DNA of 64,000 nucleotides. Origin: an uncultured Rhabdochlamydiaceae bacterium. GTDB taxonomy: Bacteria > Chlamydiota > Chlamydiia > Chlamydiales > Rhabdochlamydiaceae. Under the pieces are notes generated by a model. That model did no database searches. It was not told the DNA's origin and was given only the letters and a program-made list of their open reading frames with translations. The stretch's first letter is position 1. Each line of letters begins with the position of its first letter. Location: positions 1,536,001-1,600,000 of the forward strand of contig CAVQHD010000001.1 of NCBI GenBank assembly GCA_963712275.1. Reading direction: 5' to 3'. The position numbers were made by a program, and so were the translations under genes. Of this stretch, positions 55,620-64,000 are shown one piece after another.

Positions 55620-55871
55620 GAGACTTTTGCTCACCCGGGCTTATTTCCATTTTTTCACCACCGAAGCACGGAGAGGGGTGAGATTGCACAGAGAGATTCT
55701 TTTCTCTGTGCAATCTCACCCCTCTCCGTGCTTCGGTGGTGAAAAAATGGAAATAAGCCCGAGTGAGCAAAAGTCTCAAACATTTGTTCAATTTTCTACA
55801 CATCGGTGGTGAAAAAATGGAAATAAGCACGAGTGAGCAAAAGTCTCAAACATTTGTTCAATTTTCTACAC
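55620..55871. repeat. Palindromic repeat family A, copy 3, with tandem duplication of its right end
   Basis: Inverted repeat 55620-55777; 55733-55801 is repeated at 55803-55871 (70-bp period, 1 mismatch). Confidence 0.92.
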
Positions 55872-55885
55872 CTTGCCAACAATCT

Positions 55886-57199
55886 CTATAAAATTTCGGC
55901 GGCAATTGCGGCAAGCGGAGATCTCTCGGTTTTATCGAGAAATATATGTCCAAAGGTCTGATATTCTCTCATTTTGCCGACAACATAGGTCAATGCATTC
56001 GAATTTGGGTCTAAATAAGGATTATCGATTTGCGTCGGATCTCCTGTGAGAATCACCTTGGTATCTTTGCCCGCTCTTGAAATGATCGTTTTCACCTCGT
56101 GAGGAGTTAAATTTTGCGCCTCGTCGATGATAAAATACATCCTAGGAAGCGACCTGCCTCGAATATAGGTGACTGCCTCCATCTCTAACTTTTTACTCTC
56201 AATAATCCACTGCTGAGCATCGGGGCCATTGGCAGAGCCTGTTGTCGAAGAACAAAGAAACTCTAGGTTATCGTAGATCGGCTGCATCCAATGGTAGAGC
56301 TTTTCTTCCTTAGTTCCCGGAAGATATCCAATATCTTTTCCAAGAGGAATAATCGGCCGGCTGACTAAAATTTTTGTATAGGTATTTTCATCAAAAACTT
56401 TCCGCATCCCTGCAGCAAGGGCAAGTAAAGTCTTCCCCGTGCCGGCAGGACCTACAAGAGTGACAAGTTTGATATCGTCGCGAAGCAAAAGATCTAGGGC
56501 GCATTTCTGCTCCGTATTAAGAGGGTGAATTCCCCAAATATCTCGATTCAGTTTAAGGAGCGGCTCCAGTTTTTTCGTTATAGAGTTGTATTTGCAAACC
56601 GCAGATGACTGCTCAGGAGATACCATCACACAGTATTCATTTGGAGAGAAATCGGTCGCTTCGACCGGTATTGATCCATCTTTATAGAACAAGTCGATAT
56701 CTCTTTTCGGTACTTCAATTTTCCTATAGCCTCGATACAATTTTTCATAGGAGAATTTAAGATTTTCGTAGTCCTGGGCCTCAAGACCAATTGCTTCCGC
56801 TTTAACTCTCGTGACAAAGTCTTTCGAAACGAGAACAACCGTCTCCCCCTGCTCTTTGAGTAGAAAGGCTGTCAGGAGAATCTTATTCGTCGCACGGTCA
56901 AGCGGCAGAGGGAAGCTTTTTTTCTCCGGGGGTTTTAACTCGACGTGGATTTTAACCCGAATTCCATCTTCAATAGGAACCCCTAGGCTCAAATCACCTT
57001 TTTCAATATTTTTAAGGGAATCGACATACCGCATCACCTGACGAGCATTTTTACCAAGCTCATCGGACAGGCGCTTCATCGTGTCAAGCTCTTCCAGAAC
57101 GACTAAAGGAATGATGACATCATTACCATGAAATTTTTTAATCGCGTCAGGGTCGTGCAGGAGAACGTTCGTATCAATAACAAAGGCCTTTCTTGTCAT
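55886..57199 (-). CDS. phoH: PIN-PhoH protein (CT015-like)
   Basis: PIN FVIDTNVLLHDP, GPAGTGKT, GYLPG, RGRS, IIDEAQN and GDPTQID motifs. Confidence 0.92.
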   Translation of the reverse strand: MTRKAFVIDTNVLLHDPDAIKKFHGNDVIIPLVVLEELDTMKRLSDELGKNARQVMRYVDSLKNIEKGDLSLGVPIEDGIRVKIHVELKPPEKKSFPLPLDRATNKILLTAFLLKEQGETVVLVSKDFVTRVKAEAIGLEAQDYENLKFSYEKLYRGYRKIEVPKRDIDLFYKDGSIPVEATDFSPNEYCVMVSPEQSSAVCKYNSITKKLEPLLKLNRDIWGIHPLNTEQKCALDLLLRDDIKLVTLVGPAGTGKTLLALAAGMRKVFDENTYTKILVSRPIIPLGKDIGYLPGTKEEKLYHWMQPIYDNLEFLCSSTTGSANGPDAQQWIIESKKLEMEAVTYIRGRSLPRMYFIIDEAQNLTPHEVKTIISRAGKDTKVILTGDPTQIDNPYLDPNSNALTYVVGKMREYQTFGHIFLDKTERSPLAAIAAEIL

Positions 57200-57302
57200 T
57201 TTTTATCCTTTTGGGGTCATTGCTACCGGTATATATCCGATGAAAGCAGCAATGGCAATATATTTTTTAACTCATTGATCATAAGTATATAACAAAACAA
57301 AT

Positions 57303-57329
57303 TCAGCACTTGATATAGCAATCTGCTAA
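57303..57329. promoter_or_regulatory. CIRCE-like HrcA operator candidate
   Basis: TCAGCACTT-N9-ATCTGCTAA versus consensus TTAGCACTC-N9-GAGTGCTAA, in the divergent phoH/CT016-like intergenic region. Confidence 0.5.
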
Positions 57330-57390
57330 TTTTTGTTGTTCGAATTTAGGTCGGTTCGCTATAATGTGCTTATCACTGTTGGAGGTTTCT

Positions 57391-58050
57391 ATGCATATCA
57401 CAGATAAAATCTTAAGCTTACCACCTTACCTATCGACATCATGGAAGGATGTCGTTTCCCTACAAATTGAAACACATCCTTTCGGGCATGCGCTCATCAT
57501 TGAACTCGTTACAGGCAGCAAAGTTAAGGTGCCAAACCTTGAGAAGCACATCATTGAAAAAATGTTTACCATTCACGCAAAGGTCATTGAAGAAAAAGAG
57601 AAACCAAGTTCTGTCATGACAACAATCATGCCTTTTCCCTTTGTTAATATGGAAGGCTTGATGACAACACTTCAACACAATCCCGAGCAAAAAAATACCC
57701 CTCCTATTCCTTCAGAGGTGCTTGAAAAAATTTCTGCCATGACAAAAGGGCTTCTTCCTGAAGACACTTCATCTCTTGCTCAACCGGAGTCCAACTGCCA
57801 GTGCCCTCACTGCCAAATCATGCGGGCTGTGCTGAATCAACCCCAAGATGCAGCCCCCGTTGAAGAAGAGGTGTCAGATGAAGATCTCAAGTTTCGACTG
57901 TGGGATATCAAGCAAGAAGGCGATAGCCTCTACTGCGTGTCGAATCCTTTGGATCACAAAGAGCACTACAGTGTCTTTTTGGGTAATCCACTCGGTTGTA
58001 CCTGCGGGCAAAAGAATTGCGAACACATTCAAGCTGTTCTCAAGAGCTAA
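57391..58050 (+). CDS. Conserved chlamydial protein (CT016-like; Cys motifs, SWIM-like C-terminus)
   Basis: ILSLPPYLSTSW, QHNPEQ, CQCPHCQI and CTCGQKNCEHI motifs; GGAGG RBS. Confidence 0.8.
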   Translation: MHITDKILSLPPYLSTSWKDVVSLQIETHPFGHALIIELVTGSKVKVPNLEKHIIEKMFTIHAKVIEEKEKPSSVMTTIMPFPFVNMEGLMTTLQHNPEQKNTPPIPSEVLEKISAMTKGLLPEDTSSLAQPESNCQCPHCQIMRAVLNQPQDAAPVEEEVSDEDLKFRLWDIKQEGDSLYCVSNPLDHKEHYSVFLGNPLGCTCGQKNCEHIQAVLKS

Positions 58051-58125
58051 TTTAGCTGGTGTAAAAAAACCTCATTCTCTAAAATGGCGACAAAACGTGC
58101 ATTGTAGTTTAGGAGGATTTTCCAC

Positions 58126-59388
58126 ATGCCGCAACGTTATTTGTCGATATCAATTTTATTCGGGGTCTGCTGCCTCTCCCCTATTTTTGCAGATGAAGCT
58201 TTTACCGATGAGGCGGAAAGCGAAAACAGAGCTTCTGCGCTTTCTGTCATTGAACCGATTGAAATGATTGCTCCTACTACTGCTAAGACTCCCATTGAAC
58301 CCGCCTTTGCTAGCCCCATTCCAGAACAAACACCTGTTATCCCCATCATTGAAAAGCCATTTTCTCCCTTTACCGGAAAAGTGAAAGGTAAAAAAGTACG
58401 TCTTCGCACCTCTGCTGATTTGGATGGGCGTGTTGTGAAAGAGCTGAATCGGCAAGATCTTCTCATTGTTCTTGGAGAAAAAGGAGATTTTTACGCTGTG
58501 GAGCCTCCTGCAGGAGTTAAAGCTTATGTTTTTCGAAGCTTTATCCTTGATGGAATCGTCGAAGGGAGCCGGGTTAACGTTCGTCTTGAACCTTCTTTAG
58601 ATGCTCCGATCATCGGTCATTTGAATAGTGGAGATGCCATCAAAGGAACATTAAGTGCCCAGAATAACAAATGGTATGAAATCACCCCTCCGACCGGCAC
58701 TCGCTTTTATGTCGCAAAAGAATATATCGAATCCATTGGCGGACCCGAAGTGAAAGCACAGCTCGACAAGCGACGCATGACAGCAGAGCAACTTCTTGAC
58801 GCAGCAACTCTTCTCACGCAAGCGGAGATGAAAAAATCTTATCCAGAAATGGATGTGGACCGTATTAAGCACAATTATCAAACAATCATGAATGAGTTCA
58901 CAGATTTTCCTGATTTATTTGATAAAGCAAAAGAGGCTTTTAATGCTCTTCAAGAAGAGTATACGCAGCGCAAAATTGCTTACCTAGAAGATAAAGCTGA
59001 AGGAAAAATTTTGGAGAAAACATCGGAGTCTCCTCTTCAACAGCTTACCCTCAATCCAACCGATCGCATGAAGATGTGGGAACCTATCGAGGAGTCTCTC
59101 TATTTGACGTGGTCTTCTCGCAATGAGGACCGTTCGGTTGATGAATTTTATGAAGAGCAAAGACAAGGGGCGGAAACCTACACCGGGTTCATCGAAGCCT
59201 ATACCTCCCCCGTTAAGCGAAAGCCCGGAGACTATATCTTGGTGGATAAAGACCTTCCCAAGGCTTACCTCTACAGTACACTCATCAACCTTCAAGACTA
59301 TGTCGGCAAAAAAGTCACCGTTGTTGTTGCGCCCCGCTCAAACAATAACTTTGCCTTCCGCGCCTTCTTCGTCCTAGCTGTAGAGTAA
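58126..59388 (+). CDS. Secreted SH3b-domain protein (CT017-like)
   Basis: Signal peptide, two SH3b-like repeats (FTGKVKGKKVRLR and VNVRLEPSLDAPII), C-terminal RSNNNFAF. Confidence 0.8.
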   Translation: MPQRYLSISILFGVCCLSPIFADEAFTDEAESENRASALSVIEPIEMIAPTTAKTPIEPAFASPIPEQTPVIPIIEKPFSPFTGKVKGKKVRLRTSADLDGRVVKELNRQDLLIVLGEKGDFYAVEPPAGVKAYVFRSFILDGIVEGSRVNVRLEPSLDAPIIGHLNSGDAIKGTLSAQNNKWYEITPPTGTRFYVAKEYIESIGGPEVKAQLDKRRMTAEQLLDAATLLTQAEMKKSYPEMDVDRIKHNYQTIMNEFTDFPDLFDKAKEAFNALQEEYTQRKIAYLEDKAEGKILEKTSESPLQQLTLNPTDRMKMWEPIEESLYLTWSSRNEDRSVDEFYEEQRQGAETYTGFIEAYTSPVKRKPGDYILVDKDLPKAYLYSTLINLQDYVGKKVTVVVAPRSNNNFAFRAFFVLAVE

Positions 59389-59389
59389 C

Positions 59390-60541
59390 TTAACTTTCCT
59401 TTGGAGGGGTCTTCAGCTCTGCCGAGGCAAACTGCCGAACAGATTCATCGATCAGGGAGAATTCCTTGAGGGGCTGCAGAGAGCTGGCAGCCCCCAAATC
59501 GTTAAACTTGCGCGCGGAAGAAAGGACATTGCGCTCTAGCGACCCTGTCGCTTGATTAAATGCTGCAATGGCATGCTCAAGCGCTTTCCCTAAGTGACCC
59601 CAATGCCCTGTTAAGTCGGCGACTCGCTTATATAGCTCCTGGCCAAGCTCGCTAACTCTTTCGGCGTACTTTGAAAGATTTTCTTGCTTCCACCCATAGG
59701 CAACAGCTTTTAGTAGAGCGATGAGTGTCATGGGGGTGGCTAGAATAATCCCCTGTTGAGCAGCTGTTTCCATGAGGGTCGGATCTGCCTCTAAGGCAAT
59801 GGCAAAAACCGTTTCCGATGGAAGAAATAGGACCACAAATTCAGGGGTTGGTTGAAAATGCTCCCAGTAATTTTTTTTTCCAAGCATTGAAATATGCTCT
59901 TTGAGCTGCCTTGCATGATGTTTAAACTTTTCTTGCCGAAACCCTTCATCGGAAAGATCGATCCCTTCCAGGTAAGCTTCAAGAGGAACTTTCGCATCGA
60001 TAATCACCTGCCGATCACCAGGTAGCTTAATGATCAGATCAGGCTTGCGCCGCACCCCCTCTATAACCTCAAACCCTTGCTCAACAAAATCGCAATGTTG
60101 GATCATTCCCGCAAGCTCAACAACCCGTTTTAACTGAATCTCCCCCCACCTGCCTCGCCCCGCAGGAGATCGCAGGGCTTTAACCAATTTTGAGGTTTCC
60201 AACTTGAGCTCTTGCTTGGCATCCATCAAGGCGCCTAGCTGCTGTTTTAAGGCTCCATGATCTGATTTTCTTTCAAGCTCAAGCGACCGTATTTGCCCTT
60301 CAAGTTTTTTAAGCATCTCAGCAAGAGCCTTTTGCTTCTCTTGCTCTTCAACCATCGCCTTTTCCTGTAAAATATCTTGAGTTTGCGCATAAGTTTCCTT
60401 GGAGAGCCGCTCAAACGACTCTTGCAGCTCCTGCTGCGAACAGATTTTTTCCTCTGCAAGTGCGCATCGAATGCCCAATCGGTGGTATCGATAGGCCAAA
60501 GTGAGCAAGGCTAAACTAAGCCCCACAAGAAGGTAGATCAA
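59390..60541 (-). CDS. rmuC: DNA recombination protein RmuC
   Basis: RGRWGEIQL, PDLIIKLP, IIDAKVPL, PEFVVLFLPSE and TPMTLIALL motifs. Confidence 0.93.
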   Translation of the reverse strand: MIYLLVGLSLALLTLAYRYHRLGIRCALAEEKICSQQELQESFERLSKETYAQTQDILQEKAMVEEQEKQKALAEMLKKLEGQIRSLELERKSDHGALKQQLGALMDAKQELKLETSKLVKALRSPAGRGRWGEIQLKRVVELAGMIQHCDFVEQGFEVIEGVRRKPDLIIKLPGDRQVIIDAKVPLEAYLEGIDLSDEGFRQEKFKHHARQLKEHISMLGKKNYWEHFQPTPEFVVLFLPSETVFAIALEADPTLMETAAQQGIILATPMTLIALLKAVAYGWKQENLSKYAERVSELGQELYKRVADLTGHWGHLGKALEHAIAAFNQATGSLERNVLSSARKFNDLGAASSLQPLKEFSLIDESVRQFASAELKTPPKES

Positions 60542-61377
60542 TCGTTTTCCTCGCTTTCTGGCTCAAAATCTTCCAACGTTTTTGATTTTTTCCCTGCAAT
60601 CAGTCGAATGGTTGATAAAATGATTCCAAGAATAATATAGCCCCATGTAATGCCCAGCAAGACAATCGGAAGGAAGTGTAAGATACCATAGAGCAGAAAG
60701 ATAGCAACAACTACTATTAATAACATCAATTGAAGAGAAGGGAGGCGGAAATGCAGCGCCTTTAAACTCGGAAATTTCCAACGGCTAACCATTAAAAGCC
60801 CCAAGATCAGCCAAATGCTCGTGAGCACAATCGCAGAAGCTTGAGGAGAGAGATGCAGCCACCTCTCTTCAAAGGATGAAACAAAGAATAGATTGGTTGA
60901 AATGGCTGCGACTGCCGCAGCTGGAATCGGAAGCCCTGTAAAATTTTTCTTTTGAGCTGCCTCTTCCTCCACATTTCCTTTGGCCAAAGCCGTCTTCACA
61001 CTAAAACGAACCAGCCTAAGCACCCCGCAAATCGAATAAACCATGGCTCCAAAAATTGCAAAAAAAGAAAGCCCTGTGCCTTGTTCTAACGATAAGCTTT
61101 TAAGCAACAAAACAGAAGGGGCTACGCCAAATGTCACAGCATCTGAAAGTGAGTCAAAAATGATCCCAAATTCACTTTCAGCCTTAATAATCCGTGCAAC
61201 TGCCCCATCCAAGATATCAGCGACTGCTGCAACGAGGACAAGCAGAAGCGAAGTAAATAAAACTTGATAGCTTCCTGCCCCGAGCTCAACCATATTAATC
61301 TTAAAAATCACAAATAGACCACATGCCAGTCCAAAGGCAGTGATGGCATTTGGGATAAAATAGACCTGTTTTTTCAT
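60538..61377 (-). CDS. pssA: CDP-diacylglycerol-serine O-phosphatidyltransferase
   Basis: IPNAIT, DILDGAVAR...SEFG..FDSLSDAVTFGVAP, LRLVRF and FTGLPIP motifs. Confidence 0.9.
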   Translation of the reverse strand: MKKQVYFIPNAITAFGLACGLFVIFKINMVELGAGSYQVLFTSLLLVLVAAVADILDGAVARIIKAESEFGIIFDSLSDAVTFGVAPSVLLLKSLSLEQGTGLSFFAIFGAMVYSICGVLRLVRFSVKTALAKGNVEEEAAQKKNFTGLPIPAAAVAAISTNLFFVSSFEERWLHLSPQASAIVLTSIWLILGLLMVSRWKFPSLKALHFRLPSLQLMLLIVVVAIFLLYGILHFLPIVLLGITWGYIILGIILSTIRLIAGKKSKTLEDFEPESEEND

Positions 61378-61538
61378 TTTTTCCTCAAAAAGACGGATTT
61401 TATCCTCTCACCTTATTAGTTGACAACTTAAAAATGTATAACTACTTATATATCAGACTGTTAAATAACATTAATTATATTTAATTGAAAATCAAAAAAC
61501 TATTTGATATTATCAATATTAGAAATGGAGCATAGTTT

Positions 61539-61886
61539 ATGAAACATTCTAAGTTTATTGAACATCTCGATGAAATCTTCAAAAATCCAGAAAAAATCGA
61601 TATGTCCGAGCTCGAAAAGCTCCTGTTTGAGACCTTAAAATTCTTCGACTCTATTCGAGAAAGAATGACTTCAAATAACGCGGAAGATCGAGAAAAAGCG
61701 ATGCAAGAAGCGGTCCAAATGCAAGAAAAGCTCAATCAAGTCACAGAGAAAATCTACGAAAAAACCGGGCTTACCAAAGAAAAAGCCAAGCAAATCCTCT
61801 CCAACCCTGCTAATTTCAAACGGGAAGATTGGGAAACAATGAAATCTATTGAGAAAGAACTGGATCAATTTCAGAAAAATACTTAA
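61539..61886 (+). CDS. Hypothetical charged helical protein
   Basis: 115 aa, GGAG RBS, upstream TTGAAA-17-TATTAT (61485-61513). Confidence 0.7.
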   Translation: MKHSKFIEHLDEIFKNPEKIDMSELEKLLFETLKFFDSIRERMTSNNAEDREKAMQEAVQMQEKLNQVTEKIYEKTGLTKEKAKQILSNPANFKREDWETMKSIEKELDQFQKNT

Positions 61887-61910
61887 ATCGCTAAAAATAA
61901 GAGGTTTAAA

Positions 61911-62042
61911 ATGCCTATTAGCCCTGTAAAGCCTTCAAGCGGAAATTACCCTGCTAGCCCACCTCCTAATGCAGCAGCAGCCTATTCTCTAGCCCTTCTC
62001 TCTAAGCTTTCTGAGCTTCTTGAACAGTTAATGAAATCATAA
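61911..62042 (+). CDS. Small hypothetical protein (43 aa); absent from the ORF track
   Basis: GAGG RBS; MPISPVKPSSGNYPASPPPNAAAAYSLALLSKLSELLEQLMKS. Confidence 0.45.
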   Translation: MPISPVKPSSGNYPASPPPNAAAAYSLALLSKLSELLEQLMKS

Positions 62043-62210
62043 TTCATTAATATCAAGCAAGTTAGATTATAACTCCCTTCAACCCTACCTCCATCTTTTT
62101 AAGAATAAGCTACTTATGATTAAGTTAAAATTAATTTGACTAAATAATTAATTTAATGTTAAAATAATGTTAGGCGAAATATAAACATATAATAAGAGGC
62201 TATAAAAACT

Positions 62211-63707
62211 ATGTCAGAACTATACTTTTATGCAGAACAAGCAAGTTCGAATCGGGTTGGAAGTGCCAACCCTGCCCTGACAGGAGGCAACCCACCGCCC
62301 TCATCGGGAGACGGCATTAATTGGCCTTATGACCCTAATGGAAATACGCCAAATTTCCAAATCAATTGGAATGATCCTAACCTCCTTAAAGAGATCGAGC
62401 AAACTTATGAAAAGCTGGTCAACTGGCTTCAGCAGAACCCAGGTTGCTATAATGGCTATGTGATGCTTCTTCAAATGACCACAGACATCGGTATGCACAT
62501 GCAGAAGCTTCCTTCCGATGAGCAAGCACAGCTGGCTAAATTCCTTTCAACACAACTCTCTGCCCCATCAGGCTCTGGAACTCAAACCCTCTTTTCACTC
62601 ATGATTAGCGAGATGGCGAAAGCTGCCGCTGTCCAACAACCCTCAGAATCTGCTGGACAACAGGCTGCAACCAATTTTTTACAATCCTTGATGAATGCAA
62701 CAAGCGGACTCCAAAAATTTGGCTACCCTTTTTCTGAGATCTATCAAGATGCTTCTGCTAACATGAAGACAATAGCAGAGTGGTGTCAGTCCCACTTTGT
62801 TAGTATCTATGCACCACCAAGGGATCACTCATCTATTTGGACTTACGACGGACAAGAGCCTATTCTCTCCTTTTCAGACTTTGCTAATACAGCTTCTTGC
62901 ACGATGGGAACCCTTTTAACCAACCCCAAGTCTACTGCGGGTAATGTGATTGACAGTTACTACCAAGCTCAAATTTTCCAACTCGTTGCAGAGTTTAAAG
63001 GGAATCCTTGGGCCCTTTTAGTCGCTCTAATGAATCTGATGAATCAACGAGACCAAGATAGAGGCGTGGCTGTAAACGGATATGGGAACAATCTTGACAC
63101 CATCAAACAAGCCAATGGTCTTGTTGAGAAGCTCTTAGGGGATATTTCAGGAACAACCCCAAATGCAGACGACTTTTTCAAAACACTTGGACAACTCAAT
63201 ACTCTTGTCACCCAAAACCCAGCACTTTCGAGCTTGGTCGACCAATTGAAAAGCGATGTCCAAACGATTAATGGGCAGACCTATACCAGTCCCGGTGACG
63301 CAAGTTGGGCCGTTTCTGCTGGGTATTATAATTTCCCTCCGAATACCTTGATTGAGTATAACAAACAGACCATCTCCGTCTCTGGAGAAATCTATTTAAG
63401 CGGTGGAAATGTCGTTCTTCTTAATATAGGCCAAACCTATACCTTTGGCCAGCTAGCTGCCATGGGAGCAACTTCTATCATTCAAAAGCAAATGGGAAGT
63501 TGGTCGACGACAATCATGTCTAACTTCGAAAATGGCGTGTCATCGATTCAAACACTTCTCAACGGCGCTTCACCTGCGATTCAACAGGAGATTCAGAGCG
63601 ACACGCAAACAATGCAGGCAACAGAAAACTTTGAAAAAGAATCTTTCGCTAGCATCACAAACGTGAACCAACAGATCATGAAATTGGTTCAACAAGTGAT
63701 GGGATAA
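62211..63707 (+). CDS. Hypothetical S/T/N/Q-rich protein, candidate T3SS substrate
   Basis: 498 aa, disordered P/S/G-rich N-terminus, amphipathic C-terminal helix, AT-rich upstream promoter region. Confidence 0.65.
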   Translation: MSELYFYAEQASSNRVGSANPALTGGNPPPSSGDGINWPYDPNGNTPNFQINWNDPNLLKEIEQTYEKLVNWLQQNPGCYNGYVMLLQMTTDIGMHMQKLPSDEQAQLAKFLSTQLSAPSGSGTQTLFSLMISEMAKAAAVQQPSESAGQQAATNFLQSLMNATSGLQKFGYPFSEIYQDASANMKTIAEWCQSHFVSIYAPPRDHSSIWTYDGQEPILSFSDFANTASCTMGTLLTNPKSTAGNVIDSYYQAQIFQLVAEFKGNPWALLVALMNLMNQRDQDRGVAVNGYGNNLDTIKQANGLVEKLLGDISGTTPNADDFFKTLGQLNTLVTQNPALSSLVDQLKSDVQTINGQTYTSPGDASWAVSAGYYNFPPNTLIEYNKQTISVSGEIYLSGGNVVLLNIGQTYTFGQLAAMGATSIIQKQMGSWSTTIMSNFENGVSSIQTLLNGASPAIQQEIQSDTQTMQATENFEKESFASITNVNQQIMKLVQQVMG

Positions 63708-63742
63708 TTTTAAAAATAATAACAAAAAAAGAAGGTAAATAT

Positions 63743-64000
63743 ATGTCTATGATGCCAATTAGCCCCTCTAACCCCCCAGAAGTAATTCCTGGCCATGTTG
63801 TGAGTACATCTTGCAATACACTTACAGCTTTATTCATGATAACCGACTATCTTAACTCAACATATGACCTGCAGGCAGCCGATACAAAGCTTGAAGAGTC
63901 GGTTACAAACTCAGAAGCTCAAATGGTCCAAGCCTTTCAAGCGAGCCTCAGCGCATCGACTTCGCCAGACGGTACCAACTACCTCTATCAGCTAGAACAT
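63743..64000 (+). CDS. 3'-partial hypothetical protein, candidate T3SS substrate
   Basis: AAGG RBS; MSMMPISPSNPPEVIPGH...; frame open to the window end. Confidence 0.6.
   Translation, partial: MSMMPISPSNPPEVIPGHVVSTSCNTLTALFMITDYLNSTYDLQAADTKLEESVTNSEAQMVQAFQASLSASTSPDGTNYLYQLEH

Noticed and set aside
55733..55871. Possible CRISPR array
   Set aside because: Only two 69-bp units with no unique spacers and no cas genes; it is a tandem duplication of a repeat end.
1..64000. tRNA or rRNA genes and prophage
   Set aside because: No cloverleaf, rRNA-like or phage structural sequences were recognised by eye; tRNAscan and Infernal were not run.

Overview
Chromosomal segment of an environmental Chlamydiota bacterium. 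The assignment rests on the CT421.1-like/PVC signature protein-ybeY-tlyC cluster, the phoH-CT016-CT017 synteny, rpmG-lolC/E-lolD and the fused aroDE. Most of the window is housekeeping: shikimate operon, tsaD, rpmG, lol, ugd/galE, mreD, folD, rnr, fumC, pssA and rmuC. It also holds several eukaryote-like candidate effectors (USP-type deubiquitinase, BTB-like, degenerate RING, membrane-anchored AAA ATPase), a decayed toxin-antitoxin cluster, a P3A-type H+-ATPase and an apparently intact IS607 element whose TnpB lacks the zinc finger and has a His at RuvC-III. The most striking signal is a dense population of long palindromic MITE/RPE-like elements: about 6 unrelated sequence types and 9 copies, most about 165 bp. 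Several have TA duplications, one adds 55 aa in frame inside an AAA/DUF4143 ATPase, and others rewrite the gene ends or starts of aroB/aroDE, tsaD, lolC/E and mpg. All calls are from motif reading by eye; no database searches were run.
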